DNA of 36,065 nt from Bdellovibrionales bacterium (GTDB lineage: Bacteria > Pseudomonadota > Alphaproteobacteria > UBA9219), in assembly GCA_050180745.1 (NCBI GenBank), contig JBFXDW010000003.1, positions 1-36,065 on the forward strand, in the 5' to 3' direction. The notes under the pieces are model-generated. The model saw only the letters and a program-made list of their open reading frames with translations. It had not been told where the DNA came from and made no database searches. This document shows positions 17,111 to 26,220 of this stretch, piece after piece. Positions within the stretch are counted from its first letter, which is position 1. The number at the start of each line of letters is the position of its first letter. Both the position numbers and the translations under genes were made by a program.

Positions 17111-20100
17111 TTAAACCGTGGCCTTTCCTGCGTAGCCGCGCCCGATGGTTGCGTTCATTTGATAAATCGCCACGGCCAGCGTAGATTGTGCTGCGCCAAA
17201 ATCTTCTTCCTGCTCGGCAACGCTATAGGCCGCGCTTGTTGAACTGGCCGTGAGCGTTCGCACTACCGTCTCGCCGCTCAAAATGTCGATTTGATAGGAT
17301 TCCTCGCTCTCAAAAACCGGCACGTCGATCCCATCAAGCCATTCCCCATTCCATCGGGCGCGCCGCACCCATGAGAGCGTTAGATTGCCTGAAGTGTCGC
17401 GGCTTCCTGCAATATGCGCTGGCGCAAAACACCGGAGCGAGGCTGCGTTGTAAGCAAGGCTTGATTGCCGCGCGTCATCCCACTCACCGCCGGAGGGCAG
17501 GCATTTGTAATAAGACGTAGCCCCGATCTGTGATTGCCCCATATTCATGCGGTAGAGATCGCCAGCAGCCAAAACGATGAACCGCTCTGCGACCGTATGC
17601 GTTCCGATGGCCCATTCTGTGCCGCGCCGCCCGCGCAACAGGCCGGAAAGCTCATAAAGGCCACTCGATACCAGCGTTGCATCCCGCCATTGGATAATTT
17701 CGTGGCCCAAAAGCGCGACGTTCGCATAGTTTAAAACTTCAAGTTCGGTTTTGCTGTCGAGGGAGCCGGAAGATAGCGCAACCTGAAGCACGTTGTCCTC
17801 GTCCCAAACCCACGGGCTGCGCGGGTCGTCCAGCGCGTTCGCGGCCCAACCGAAGGCCGGTTCTTCGGAGCCTGTCCCTACAATGTCCCACGTAACCGCG
17901 TCAGTCGAACGGTAGAGGCTAGCACTGCTGGCCCCTTTGAGGCCGAAGGCGTAATAAAGCCCCAACCCATCATCAGCCTCGCGCAGCATGGGAAGATCCA
18001 TGATAAAGGCCGAGATTGGCGTGGCGATGGCGATTGCGCCAGACTCCAACGCCGCGCCTGCACCAGCTTTGTCCGAACGATAGGCTAGCGCGTCTTCCAG
18101 CGTGGCTTGGCAGGACACAACGTTATTCGCGCCAAAATCCACCTGCGTCAGGCGCACCTTAAGCATCACATCTTTTAGCGTGAGATTGATAACATCGGTT
18201 GGATTAAGCCGAAGCCATTTGGGCGGAAGATCAAACCCAACGGTTGTCCGCCCGATCCAAGCGTAAGTCAGGGTCTTTTCAGCCACTTGCGCGGCTTCAT
18301 CTGCCGTCAGAACAACTGTAAGCTCCACGCTTTCTAAATCCCGTGTCACAACCGCATTGCTGGATCGCGCCGCGTGCTGGGTGTTGGTCTGATAATCGCG
18401 GTTTGGGTCGTAATGCGTGAGGTCGATCCGAAGCGGTAATTCAATCTCTTGTTCCCGCGTTTCGGTCAGGCGTACCGGATCGTTGTTGCTTGATCCTTCT
18501 ACGGCACCCAGATCGTCATAGGGGATCGTGGCAACGACTTCCTGCCCACGCGGGACGAACGTCAAAAGACCGTCCGTTTCCACCGCGTCAATGAAATAGG
18601 TTCCGAGCAAGGGCTCCAGAACATCCCGCGCAGACGAACGGCGGCTCATAACATAGCCGTTCACGGATTCATTGACTTCATTCACCAGAAAATCGGTTTG
18701 CTTAAGGCCTGCGCGAAGGCAAAGATCGGATAAAATATCCGCAAGGGCGACCCGATTGGAGCCATATCGCTCTAGCGGATATTTAACATAGCCATCATTT
18801 GTCGAGACAATCATGCTATGGGTGAATTTCTCATAGCATCCACAAAAATGGGTGGCATAAGTCGGGGCATAAGCAGACAGGTCGTATGTTTTCTCGATCT
18901 GCATAGTTACAAGATTGACCAAGCTGATAGTGGCCCCACTGCATGTCCAAAACTGCCCGTTTTGGGGATAGGATTTGTCTCCTTGCAGCGTATAACCGAC
19001 AGCAAGATGTACGCCATCAACCGTGGCGACATAGCCGGAATGAATGTCCCATTTGACGATCCGACCTTGCGCGTTGAACTTGAAGTAAAGATAGCCTGTC
19101 GTATCATCCCAAAAGACAACGTTCGGGTTCACGCCGCCTGTATAGGCCGCGCACTCCATGATCTCCACGTGCGCCACGCCCAGCAAGTTAAAGGATACCT
19201 TTTTCGCGAAGGAAGCCGAGATTTGCCAGATGTTACCTTCCCCATCCTCGCATAGAGGGGCTTCCTCATAATGTGAGTCCAGAACCTCGGAAAGATCACG
19301 AAGAAGCTCAAAATCCGTGCTGTAAATCATCCGCGTGCGCGGAACGAGGATTTTGTTGCCTTGCACACTGCCCGTGACACTGTAGCCTATGCGGTTTTTG
19401 GTTTTGTCCATGACCGCCAAGGTTTCTGGATGGCGTTTAACAAGATGCATCCCGACGCCATAGGCGTGAGAGGCATGGTAAAAATAGCCTTCGCTATCGA
19501 AGCCATAGAGGTCGCCATAAAGGTTATGTTCAACATCGAAGGGAACATTCAGCAACAGGACGTTCTTGATAAGGTCATATTTGTAAATTGTGCTATCCGT
19601 TGTAAAGCCGACGAGCGTACCGTCCGGAGGCCAGATGGCCCCGCCGTTTCGGTATTTGCCAGCAACTGTCGGGAAGATCGTGGCATCGCAAGCCATGTCG
19701 CCAGAGCCGACGACCTCTGCGCTGATACTGGGAATGCGGTTTGAAAAGTCAGCAAGCTGCAAGTCCGTGAAGACCAAATAGCACAGGCCACGGTGCGCAG
19801 GCACATTGCCTGTGCCAAGGTGCATTTCCATCGTGCTATCGGGCTTTTGCGTTTCCGTTCCCAAATGAATGCGGATTACACCTGATTGTTTTTCGGTCGC
19901 TTGTGTATTGCTGGCCGAGGCATCGTAAATCAGCTTTGTATCCGCCCAAATGCGCCGGATAGCAGAGACCGGCCCCGCGCACAGTCCTACCGCAAAAGAA
20001 ACCGAATAGGTGTAGCTTGCTTGTTTGGCTCCACCGCCGCCTTTACCGCCCGCGCTGCTTTCATGGCGCGTTTCTTTCAGATCCGTTGACCAAATGACAT

Positions 20101-20317
20101 TACCTGCGACACGCATGGTGCCGTAAACAAGTTGGATCGTGCCGCCATAGGTCGAAGACTGAACCGAAAGATCATCCAGCTTTGAGCCTTCAACTTTCGT
20201 CTTGGAGCCAAACAGGAGGTTACCAAGGACAACGCCACCAAGCCACCCAGCGGTCGCGCCAAGGCCCGCCGCTGATGTCAAACCAGCACCCACAATGCCT
20301 AAAGCAAGAACAGCCAT
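17111..20317 (-). CDS. Tail tip/host-specificity protein (GTA megatron-like, gpJ-analogous)
   Basis: Start at ATG 20317 (TAATG coupling, GGAG RBS). Motifs YGTMRVAGNVIW, PAHRGLCYLVF, GHEIIQW, LSGLLRGRRGTE and LSWVRRAR. Confidence 0.9.
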   Translation of the reverse strand: MAVLALGIVGAGLTSAAGLGATAGWLGGVVLGNLLFGSKTKVEGSKLDDLSVQSSTYGGTIQLVYGTMRVAGNVIWSTDLKETRHESSAGGKGGGGAKQASYTYSVSFAVGLCAGPVSAIRRIWADTKLIYDASASNTQATEKQSGVIRIHLGTETQKPDSTMEMHLGTGNVPAHRGLCYLVFTDLQLADFSNRIPSISAEVVGSGDMACDATIFPTVAGKYRNGGAIWPPDGTLVGFTTDSTIYKYDLIKNVLLLNVPFDVEHNLYGDLYGFDSEGYFYHASHAYGVGMHLVKRHPETLAVMDKTKNRIGYSVTGSVQGNKILVPRTRMIYSTDFELLRDLSEVLDSHYEEAPLCEDGEGNIWQISASFAKKVSFNLLGVAHVEIMECAAYTGGVNPNVVFWDDTTGYLYFKFNAQGRIVKWDIHSGYVATVDGVHLAVGYTLQGDKSYPQNGQFWTCSGATISLVNLVTMQIEKTYDLSAYAPTYATHFCGCYEKFTHSMIVSTNDGYVKYPLERYGSNRVALADILSDLCLRAGLKQTDFLVNEVNESVNGYVMSRRSSARDVLEPLLGTYFIDAVETDGLLTFVPRGQEVVATIPYDDLGAVEGSSNNDPVRLTETREQEIELPLRIDLTHYDPNRDYQTNTQHAARSSNAVVTRDLESVELTVVLTADEAAQVAEKTLTYAWIGRTTVGFDLPPKWLRLNPTDVINLTLKDVMLKVRLTQVDFGANNVVSCQATLEDALAYRSDKAGAGAALESGAIAIATPISAFIMDLPMLREADDGLGLYYAFGLKGASSASLYRSTDAVTWDIVGTGSEEPAFGWAANALDDPRSPWVWDEDNVLQVALSSGSLDSKTELEVLNYANVALLGHEIIQWRDATLVSSGLYELSGLLRGRRGTEWAIGTHTVAERFIVLAAGDLYRMNMGQSQIGATSYYKCLPSGGEWDDARQSSLAYNAASLRCFAPAHIAGSRDTSGNLTLSWVRRARWNGEWLDGIDVPVFESEESYQIDILSGETVVRTLTASSTSAAYSVAEQEEDFGAAQSTLAVAIYQMNATIGRGYAGKATV

Positions 20318-20793
20318 TATTTGGGATCTCCATCCGCCTTCGCCAAGGCTTCGGCGCGACAAGCAAAAACAGGATAACGATAAGCAGCCATGATCCGGCT
20401 GCGCCAAAGATCATCCAGCCCATGCTCGACCACTTTGCCAGCACGGGAGTAGCTGTGAATAATGCCGCAATCCGTTATAAGTGCCACATGCTGCGGCTCT
20501 TTCCCCCATGCCATAAAGTAAATGTCGGCCATCGTCGCCTCGACCACAGGGATTTGCACGAGCCATGTCGCCAACCCCTCGCGCATCCGGCGCGGGTTGG
20601 GCATGATTGAATAGTTATTGAACGCCTTGGCTTGCGGTGAGGCTGGATCGTAATCCACGAGCCCCAATGCCATCCCGACGCCTTTAATCAGACCAATACA
20701 ATCGCACCCCACGCCGCGCACACATCCTTGATGTTTAAAGGGCGTGCCGAGCCATTTGCGGGCTTCCAGTAAAGCCGTTAATCTGGTAACCAT
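20317..20793 (-). CDS. NlpC/P60 peptidase, tail-associated (GTA g14/gpK-like)
   Basis: WLGTPFKHQG, GCDCIGL (catalytic Cys), QHVAL and IIHS. Confidence 0.92.
   Translation of the reverse strand: MVTRLTALLEARKWLGTPFKHQGCVRGVGCDCIGLIKGVGMALGLVDYDPASPQAKAFNNYSIMPNPRRMREGLATWLVQIPVVEATMADIYFMAWGKEPQHVALITDCGIIHSYSRAGKVVEHGLDDLWRSRIMAAYRYPVFACRAEALAKADGDPK
20333..20364. repeat. REP-like palindromic element inside the 3' end of the NlpC/P60 gene
   Basis: TCCGCCTTCGCCAAGGCTTCGGCGCGACAAGC with a GCCTT-CGCC-AAGGC hairpin, translated as ACRAEALAKAD. Confidence 0.5.
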
Positions 20794-20837
20794 AAGAGAA
20801 GTCTCCCTGTGTTGTCTTTATAAATAGAGGAGGTTCT

Positions 20838-21686
20838 ATGCGCATTTGTAGGGTTGTCAGAAAAAGAAATACCCAAGAGGGAAATGTTGAAAATGTGCTT
20901 TTGTCCGCTTTAAAGAATTTGGATATGAAAGACGGGCAATTTGATTTCCTCATGACCTATGGAGGCTTTATCAACACCAAAGCAGATAGAAACCCTAACA
21001 ATAGAAGTTGGGCCTCTACGAAAGAAGACCTGCGTCCGTTCATTGAAGCCGCAGAAAAAAAGATTAACACCCTTATCACAGATAAATTTTATAGAGTCGC
21101 TCAAGGAAAAGTCCGGTTCCTATCTTTGGGCGTGGATGTGAGTTCCCCTGATTTGAACTCCCCTAAACTGAAATCATCTGGATCACATTTGTTTAAATCA
21201 AGTGCTGAACTTATCGCAGTAATTGATGTGGCGAAAAAGAAGATCATACATTGGACGGGAAAATCCTATCCAACGTCTGATCAAGAACGAACCCTTGTGC
21301 AGGTTTCTGACCTGGACTCGCACTTCATAAAACTTGGAAAAAAAGAAATCCTTATTTTGGGATGTCATGATTTGAACATGTTCAGTTCACGAGGAGCTTC
21401 CACGAGAAAAAAAGGAGGAGAAAGAGATAAGAGGTGCAAGGAAATGTGCAGGCTGCTTAAGAAGCATCAGCCACAAGTAGCTCTTCACCATCCTCACTGC
21501 ACGGATTCTCCTAGAATTTGGCAAATAGCATGGAGCGGTCTTAAAAAAATATTACGTGTTGAACCTATTTGGGCAAGCGGGATTCACTATGCTCCTTCTA
21601 AAGAACCAAAATGTAGAGGACCACTCAAAAAAGTCCTTGAAGCCACACGATCAAATTCTAAGGACATCGTTGACGTCATTATCTAA
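20838..21686 (+). CDS. Basic hypothetical protein, possible degenerate carbon-nitrogen hydrolase (nitrilase) fold; moron
   Basis: GAGGAGG RBS, AT-rich. LILGCHDL resembles the nitrilase nucleophile elbow; WTGKSYP may supply the Lys. Confidence 0.6.
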   Translation: MRICRVVRKRNTQEGNVENVLLSALKNLDMKDGQFDFLMTYGGFINTKADRNPNNRSWASTKEDLRPFIEAAEKKINTLITDKFYRVAQGKVRFLSLGVDVSSPDLNSPKLKSSGSHLFKSSAELIAVIDVAKKKIIHWTGKSYPTSDQERTLVQVSDLDSHFIKLGKKEILILGCHDLNMFSSRGASTRKKGGERDKRCKEMCRLLKKHQPQVALHHPHCTDSPRIWQIAWSGLKKILRVEPIWASGIHYAPSKEPKCRGPLKKVLEATRSNSKDIVDVII

Positions 21687-22525
21687 CGACCATCTGGATA
21701 GCTCAAAACCGCGTCGGTGCCTGGAACATAGGGTTCGCCTCTAAAGTTGATGCCGTTGTTGTAACGGGAACAACAGGTCTCGAATGTTTTGTCGCAGCCA
21801 GGTTGCGCTATGTACGTGTCGCCCACCGCGATTTCAGACGGCATGGGTAGAAACAGCGTGAACGCGCCAGAGGCAAAGGAACGGATTTCCATCTTGCGCC
21901 CTTTGTTGGCACCGCTTGTCCATGTCAAGAGACCGCCTTTCCAATAGCCATCCTCTTCCGTGCGCGTGGCATCGGTAAAGCCATAACGGTCTGTGGCCTC
22001 GGTAACGCTGCCCGATAATGTCAAAGCGGACAGATCAATGCCGCAACGCGCATCACCAAGATCGGCGCGGCAGTCTGCCGTATAAAGCTCCCCTATATTT
22101 TGGGAGAAAAGCTGCGTGAGGCCGCGCAGCTCTGCCCTATAAAGCGTGTCTTTAAGCTCGACTTGTCCAATCGTTCCGCGTTTCAGGACGATCCGGCCTT
22201 CTGAAAGAGCGTTCCAATTCACAAGGAAAATCAAAACTTCGGCATTATCCCAAACGCCATCGCGTAAATCCTGCGCGGTAATGGCTTCACTATCGAACGC
22301 GCTTTCAATATCGAGATTGTCCACCGAGAGGTCGGAAATGGTCTGAATGGCCGTGCGCGTATAGCCCGTTCGCGCTTCATAGGTCACGTCACCAATCACA
22401 AGGTCGCGGTCATGATCGGTAAAGCCGAACATCGCACCATCCTTGCGCATGACCTTCCAACAAGTCGCAAGGCTGGTGGTCTCGCCCGCAATGTGCGTGG
22501 CAAGCTGTGTAGAAGCATATTTCAT
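21683..22525 (-). CDS. Baseplate hub protein (DUF2163, GTA g13/gpL-like)
   Basis: LATCWKV.RKDG..FGFTDHDRDL, CRADLGDARC, GCDKTFETC and NFRGEPYVPG. Confidence 0.93.
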   Translation of the reverse strand: MKYASTQLATHIAGETTSLATCWKVMRKDGAMFGFTDHDRDLVIGDVTYEARTGYTRTAIQTISDLSVDNLDIESAFDSEAITAQDLRDGVWDNAEVLIFLVNWNALSEGRIVLKRGTIGQVELKDTLYRAELRGLTQLFSQNIGELYTADCRADLGDARCGIDLSALTLSGSVTEATDRYGFTDATRTEEDGYWKGGLLTWTSGANKGRKMEIRSFASGAFTLFLPMPSEIAVGDTYIAQPGCDKTFETCCSRYNNGINFRGEPYVPGTDAVLSYPDGR

Positions 22526-22528
22526 GGA

Positions 22529-23128
22529 TCACACTCGGATTTCTATAATCGTAATGTCCGACCATTCATGAAGATTGAAGTTTTCGATGCTGACATCCAT
22601 CTCGTCCGTGTCGAAACGAACGGGCACGTCAAACTCAAAATCTGCCGTGATGATGGTGCCTTGCACTGGAGATTCGGAAAAAGTGACAATCCCCGTTGTC
22701 GTGTTGACCGAAACGCCCGTTGTGACCTTCACGCCACCCACATAAATGACAACCGTGCCGGAAACGGGCTTTGTGATTGTTCGTGTCTCGCTTCCCGTGC
22801 CGGATGCATACTCTTTAACCAGTTGAAATGTTTGCGTTTCACCATCGCCAAGGCCGATTTGCTGCCCCGTGGTCTTGTAATCCGTCCAATCTTTGAATCG
22901 GAACCCGTGCGCCTTTCCCTTACGGGCGCGAAAGAAGGCGATCAGGGTTTCAAGCTGGCTGGCCCGTTTCAGACCGGATGACACATCCCATTGCCCCCGC
23001 GCAGCCGACCAGTTCATATTCCTCTGTTCATAGCCGGAGGCCGTTGAGATAACGGACGTAGAATAAGCAGGCCCACCCGACGCGCCATAGGCGATGTCAT
23101 CAGGAAAGCGAACTTCATGAAAACTCAT
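22529..23128 (-). CDS. Distal tail protein (DUF2460, GTA g12-like)
   Basis: MSFHEVRFPDDIAYGASGGP, FFRARKG..HGFRFKDW and FEFDVPVRFD. Confidence 0.95.
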   Translation of the reverse strand: MSFHEVRFPDDIAYGASGGPAYSTSVISTASGYEQRNMNWSAARGQWDVSSGLKRASQLETLIAFFRARKGKAHGFRFKDWTDYKTTGQQIGLGDGETQTFQLVKEYASGTGSETRTITKPVSGTVVIYVGGVKVTTGVSVNTTTGIVTFSESPVQGTIITADFEFDVPVRFDTDEMDVSIENFNLHEWSDITIIEIRV

Positions 23129-23158
23129 AGAAAGACCCCCTCCGCTAGGCGGCGAGGT

Positions 23159-23302
23159 TCATTTTGCTTTTTCGATCTTCCGAAAACGCAAACTTACACC
23201 TACCGCAAGGATTAGCAGGATGAAAAGAATCAAGATGATTGGGTTGGTGAGGTAGACTTTTAGAAAGTCCGCGCAAAGCTGTAACGTGCTGATGTCGTTC
23301 AT
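23159..23302 (-). CDS. 47-aa single-pass membrane peptide (not in the ORF track)
   Basis: MNDISTLQLCADFLKVYLTNPIILILFILLILAVGVSLRFRKIEKAK*. GAAGGGA RBS, strong TM segment and basic C-tail. Confidence 0.7.
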   Translation of the reverse strand: MNDISTLQLCADFLKVYLTNPIILILFILLILAVGVSLRFRKIEKAK

Positions 23303-23353
23303 CGGTGTTTCCCTTCGGTTTGAGATTATCGACCAGCGGGATATTCCGCTGGT

Positions 23354-23435
23354 CGCCGGAGGTTCAAAACCGACACGAGGACGGCGCGATACTCTTTAGC
23401 CTTACGGCTTGGACATACAGTACCGCCCTCCGGCG
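23354..23435 (-). ncRNA. C4-antisense-like structured RNA
   Basis: Closing stem CGCCGGAGG/CCTCCGGCG and an internal GCC-GTAA-GGC GNRA hairpin. The segment CCTCGTGTCGGTTTTGAA is complementary to upstream TTCAAAACCCAACACGAG (23479-23496). Confidence 0.65.
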
Positions 23436-23536
23436 TCATAGCCGAAAGGCGACATCCATAACGGATGATGTCATACCGCTCGTGTTGGGTTTTGAAGCCC
23501 ATGAAGGCGGGGGTATGAATCCCGTCTTCATGCCTA

Positions 23537-23565
23537 AGAATGAAGGCAAGTCCTTCTTGGGTCAA
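23537..23565 (-). promoter_or_regulatory. Putative sigma70 promoter for the C4-like moron
   Basis: TTGACC (23565-23560), 17-nt spacer, CATTCT (23542-23537). Confidence 0.5.
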
Positions 23566-23596
23566 CAAAAATAAGCAAAACCAAGGTCTTGATAAG

Positions 23597-26125
23597 CTAC
23601 ATATTCCTCTTCGCTCGATTAAGGCTCTTTGTCGCCTTGGCCATGATCTGCCCTTGACTGGCGCGGAAGCTATCGGCGTTTGGCGTGGTTACGTTCATGA
23701 CGAGACTGACCCCCGAAGAGCGGCGAGACCGATCTTTCTTTGAAATCACTTCCTCACCACGTTGCAGGATGACGGGAACTTCGTCCGATTTCAGGCCAGC
23801 GATCCCGCCGCTATGGTAACGGGGCGCACCTGCGAAAACATGCGCGGGGACAGCTCGCCTTAGTGTAGGATCGCCAACCGTGCCACCGTCGTGGAAAAAG
23901 GAACTGATAATGCTTCCCAGAAAGCCGCCATCGCTGCTGCCGTTTCCTGTCAGGCTATTGAATAAGGGCGTTGTGATGGATTGCTTGACGAGCATCCGCG
24001 TAATATCGGCTACCACCGAGCTTGCCAGATCATTGAGGCTGTTCAGACTAATCTCGCCCGATGTGACCATCTTCACTATCGCGTCTTCTGTCGCGGTCAT
24101 GGCCTCCGTGAACGCATTCTCTATGGTCGTTGCCGTGTCGGTCGCGCTGTCCTTGTAATTCTGAAAAGCGCGAACGATACCTGCCGCAGGATCAGTGCGT
24201 GAGTCGAGCAAGTCTTTGTCTGCCCCCGCCAGCGCATGGTTATAGGTTCCTTGGCTGATGGCCCCAGCGTCTAATAATTGATTAAGGCGCTCAATCTTTT
24301 CGGCATAAAGCTCGGTTGCTGTTTTTGCTTCATCGGTGAGGCTTTTGCCTTCTTCCCGTAGCCTGTCCAGTTGCTCTTGCGCGGTCTTTTGATCGAAATA
24401 CGCTCCAGCAAGATCACGAACCTGTGCGATAAGCGCGGGTGCTGCCGTTTTGGGCAGGGCATCGACGGCTTCCTTAATCGAAAGCTGCCGCGCTGTTAGC
24501 CCTAGCTCTTTCAATTTATCGTTCAGGCCATCGACAATTTTTTGCGCTTCAAGAAAAGCTTTCTCATCGAAAAGCTGTCCGGCAAGCTTTGCCGTTTGTT
24601 CGCGCTGTGCTCCCGTCGCTTTGTCAGAAAGCCGCGCCACCGCTTCTTCAATGAAAATATTCCGCTCGTCGGTGAGGCCGATAAGCTTTTGCTTAAGATC
24701 ATCGACAATCTTTTGATTGGCAGAGGATTCTTTTTGTGCGGCCTCCGAAAGCGGGGTCTCAATATCAGAGATTTTAAACCCGATGGCTTTGCGGGCTGTT
24801 TCGATGGCTGTGTCAATTTGCGCGCTGTTTTCATCCGTGCGAAATCCGTTCAAAAACGTCTCGGTTTGCTTCAATTCGTCATTGAGCTTTTTGACTTGAT
24901 AGGCAGGGTCTTTTTCAAGAAACTTTTCGATCGTTTCCGCATAAGGCTGGGCGCGTTTGTCGATGAGATCATGGACACGCTCTTCTTCAGCCGCATTCTT
25001 GCCTGCTTCCGCCTTTTTCTTTTCTTCCTTCTCGGCTTCAATGGCCTTTTGCAAGGATTCGATTTGCTTTTTAAGTTCGTCCGCCCGCTCTTCATGATTG
25101 GCGACGTTGCCGCGCACTTGAAGCATGGTCGGAATGTCGCGAATGCGAACCAATTCCTTTTCAATCTCGGCCAGTTCCTTCTTTGCCTCACTTAACTGCC
25201 TGTCAAGCGGCACTTTGGAAATAACCTCGGTCGTGGTTCTGAAAGTTGAGGCCAGCCTGTTGAGGATTGCTTCCGCTGTACCGCCGACGGCTTCAGTTTT
25301 GCCGATGGTTTTCAGCATGTCGTCCCACGCCACCGATAAACGGTGCGTTGCCCCCGTCAGGCCTTGCGTTTCGGCGCGTCCCGCTCCACCGACTTGCTGG
25401 GCAAGAGCATCAAGGATAAGGCGCTGCGCTTCGGCATGTTTTCCAGTTTCAACAAGTATGGCGATGACTTCTTTTTGCGAATCCGTAAAGCTCACGCCAA
25501 CGCGCCGCAAAGCTGTAATGCCCTGAATGGGGTCTTCCAGCGCCTTGCCAAGCTGCGTTGCCGAGGAGCGAAGATCCTGCCCGAACACAGCGGACATATC
25601 TTGGGCAAGGTGAATGCTGCGTTTAAACGTGTCGCCTGCCACAGAGCGGAAGGTCGCCATGATCGCCGCCGCCCCTTCGACCGCTTCCGAGCTGGTCAGA
25701 GTTGACCTTTCCATGCCCTCGGCCATTTCGACGATTTCTTGTTTCGTTAGACCGGAGGCGTATCCCGTGGCTTTCAAAACGCCTTGCAAGCGGTTTTGTG
25801 CTTGTTCTTCTGCCATCGTTGCGGAAAGAGCGGCCTTGAGGCCAAGTGTCATTGCAGCCAATGCCGCCGCCGCTGCGAGACCTGCGGGGCCAATGGCCGC
25901 AAGGCCAGAACCCAGCGGCCCGATTTGTCCCGCCAGTCCTGTTGCTGCGCCTTTAACGTCATTGGCGGCAGCACCCAGAGCCTTCAGCGCACTTGAAGCG
26001 GGTTTGCCGGATTGGACAATCTCATTCAGAGATTTCTTGCCCGTTTTCCCAAACTCTATGAGTTCAGCTTTGGCCTTGCCGCCCTCCATCACAGAAAGGC
26101 GGATGGCAATGTTGTGTTGAGTCAT
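23597..26125 (-). CDS. Tail tape measure protein
   Basis: Ala-rich helical protein. QLGKALEDP..G.TALRRVGVSF, a lambda-H-like C-terminal region, and APRYHSGG...DEVPVILQRGE. GAGGAG RBS. Confidence 0.95.
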   Translation of the reverse strand: MTQHNIAIRLSVMEGGKAKAELIEFGKTGKKSLNEIVQSGKPASSALKALGAAANDVKGAATGLAGQIGPLGSGLAAIGPAGLAAAAALAAMTLGLKAALSATMAEEQAQNRLQGVLKATGYASGLTKQEIVEMAEGMERSTLTSSEAVEGAAAIMATFRSVAGDTFKRSIHLAQDMSAVFGQDLRSSATQLGKALEDPIQGITALRRVGVSFTDSQKEVIAILVETGKHAEAQRLILDALAQQVGGAGRAETQGLTGATHRLSVAWDDMLKTIGKTEAVGGTAEAILNRLASTFRTTTEVISKVPLDRQLSEAKKELAEIEKELVRIRDIPTMLQVRGNVANHEERADELKKQIESLQKAIEAEKEEKKKAEAGKNAAEEERVHDLIDKRAQPYAETIEKFLEKDPAYQVKKLNDELKQTETFLNGFRTDENSAQIDTAIETARKAIGFKISDIETPLSEAAQKESSANQKIVDDLKQKLIGLTDERNIFIEEAVARLSDKATGAQREQTAKLAGQLFDEKAFLEAQKIVDGLNDKLKELGLTARQLSIKEAVDALPKTAAPALIAQVRDLAGAYFDQKTAQEQLDRLREEGKSLTDEAKTATELYAEKIERLNQLLDAGAISQGTYNHALAGADKDLLDSRTDPAAGIVRAFQNYKDSATDTATTIENAFTEAMTATEDAIVKMVTSGEISLNSLNDLASSVVADITRMLVKQSITTPLFNSLTGNGSSDGGFLGSIISSFFHDGGTVGDPTLRRAVPAHVFAGAPRYHSGGIAGLKSDEVPVILQRGEEVISKKDRSRRSSGVSLVMNVTTPNADSFRASQGQIMAKATKSLNRAKRNM

Positions 26126-26220
26126 CAATTTTCTCCTCGTCTAAATAATATAGAAATATCAAATTATTTGGCATATTATGCTGTTATCAAAATACAACAG
26201 CTTTTTATTATTGGATCAGC

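Noticed and set aside
14550-20317. Diversity-generating retroelement or invertible fibre cassette
   Set aside because: No reverse transcriptase, invertase or template/variable repeat pair was seen.
20318-20407. N-terminal extension of the tail tip protein
   Set aside because: Lies inside the NlpC gene and the palindrome. RBS and TAATG coupling support ATG 20317.
23305-23574. ORFs 23305..23574 (+) and 23326..23568 (-)
   Set aside because: Non-ATG starts without an RBS. The region is better explained as promoter plus structured RNA.
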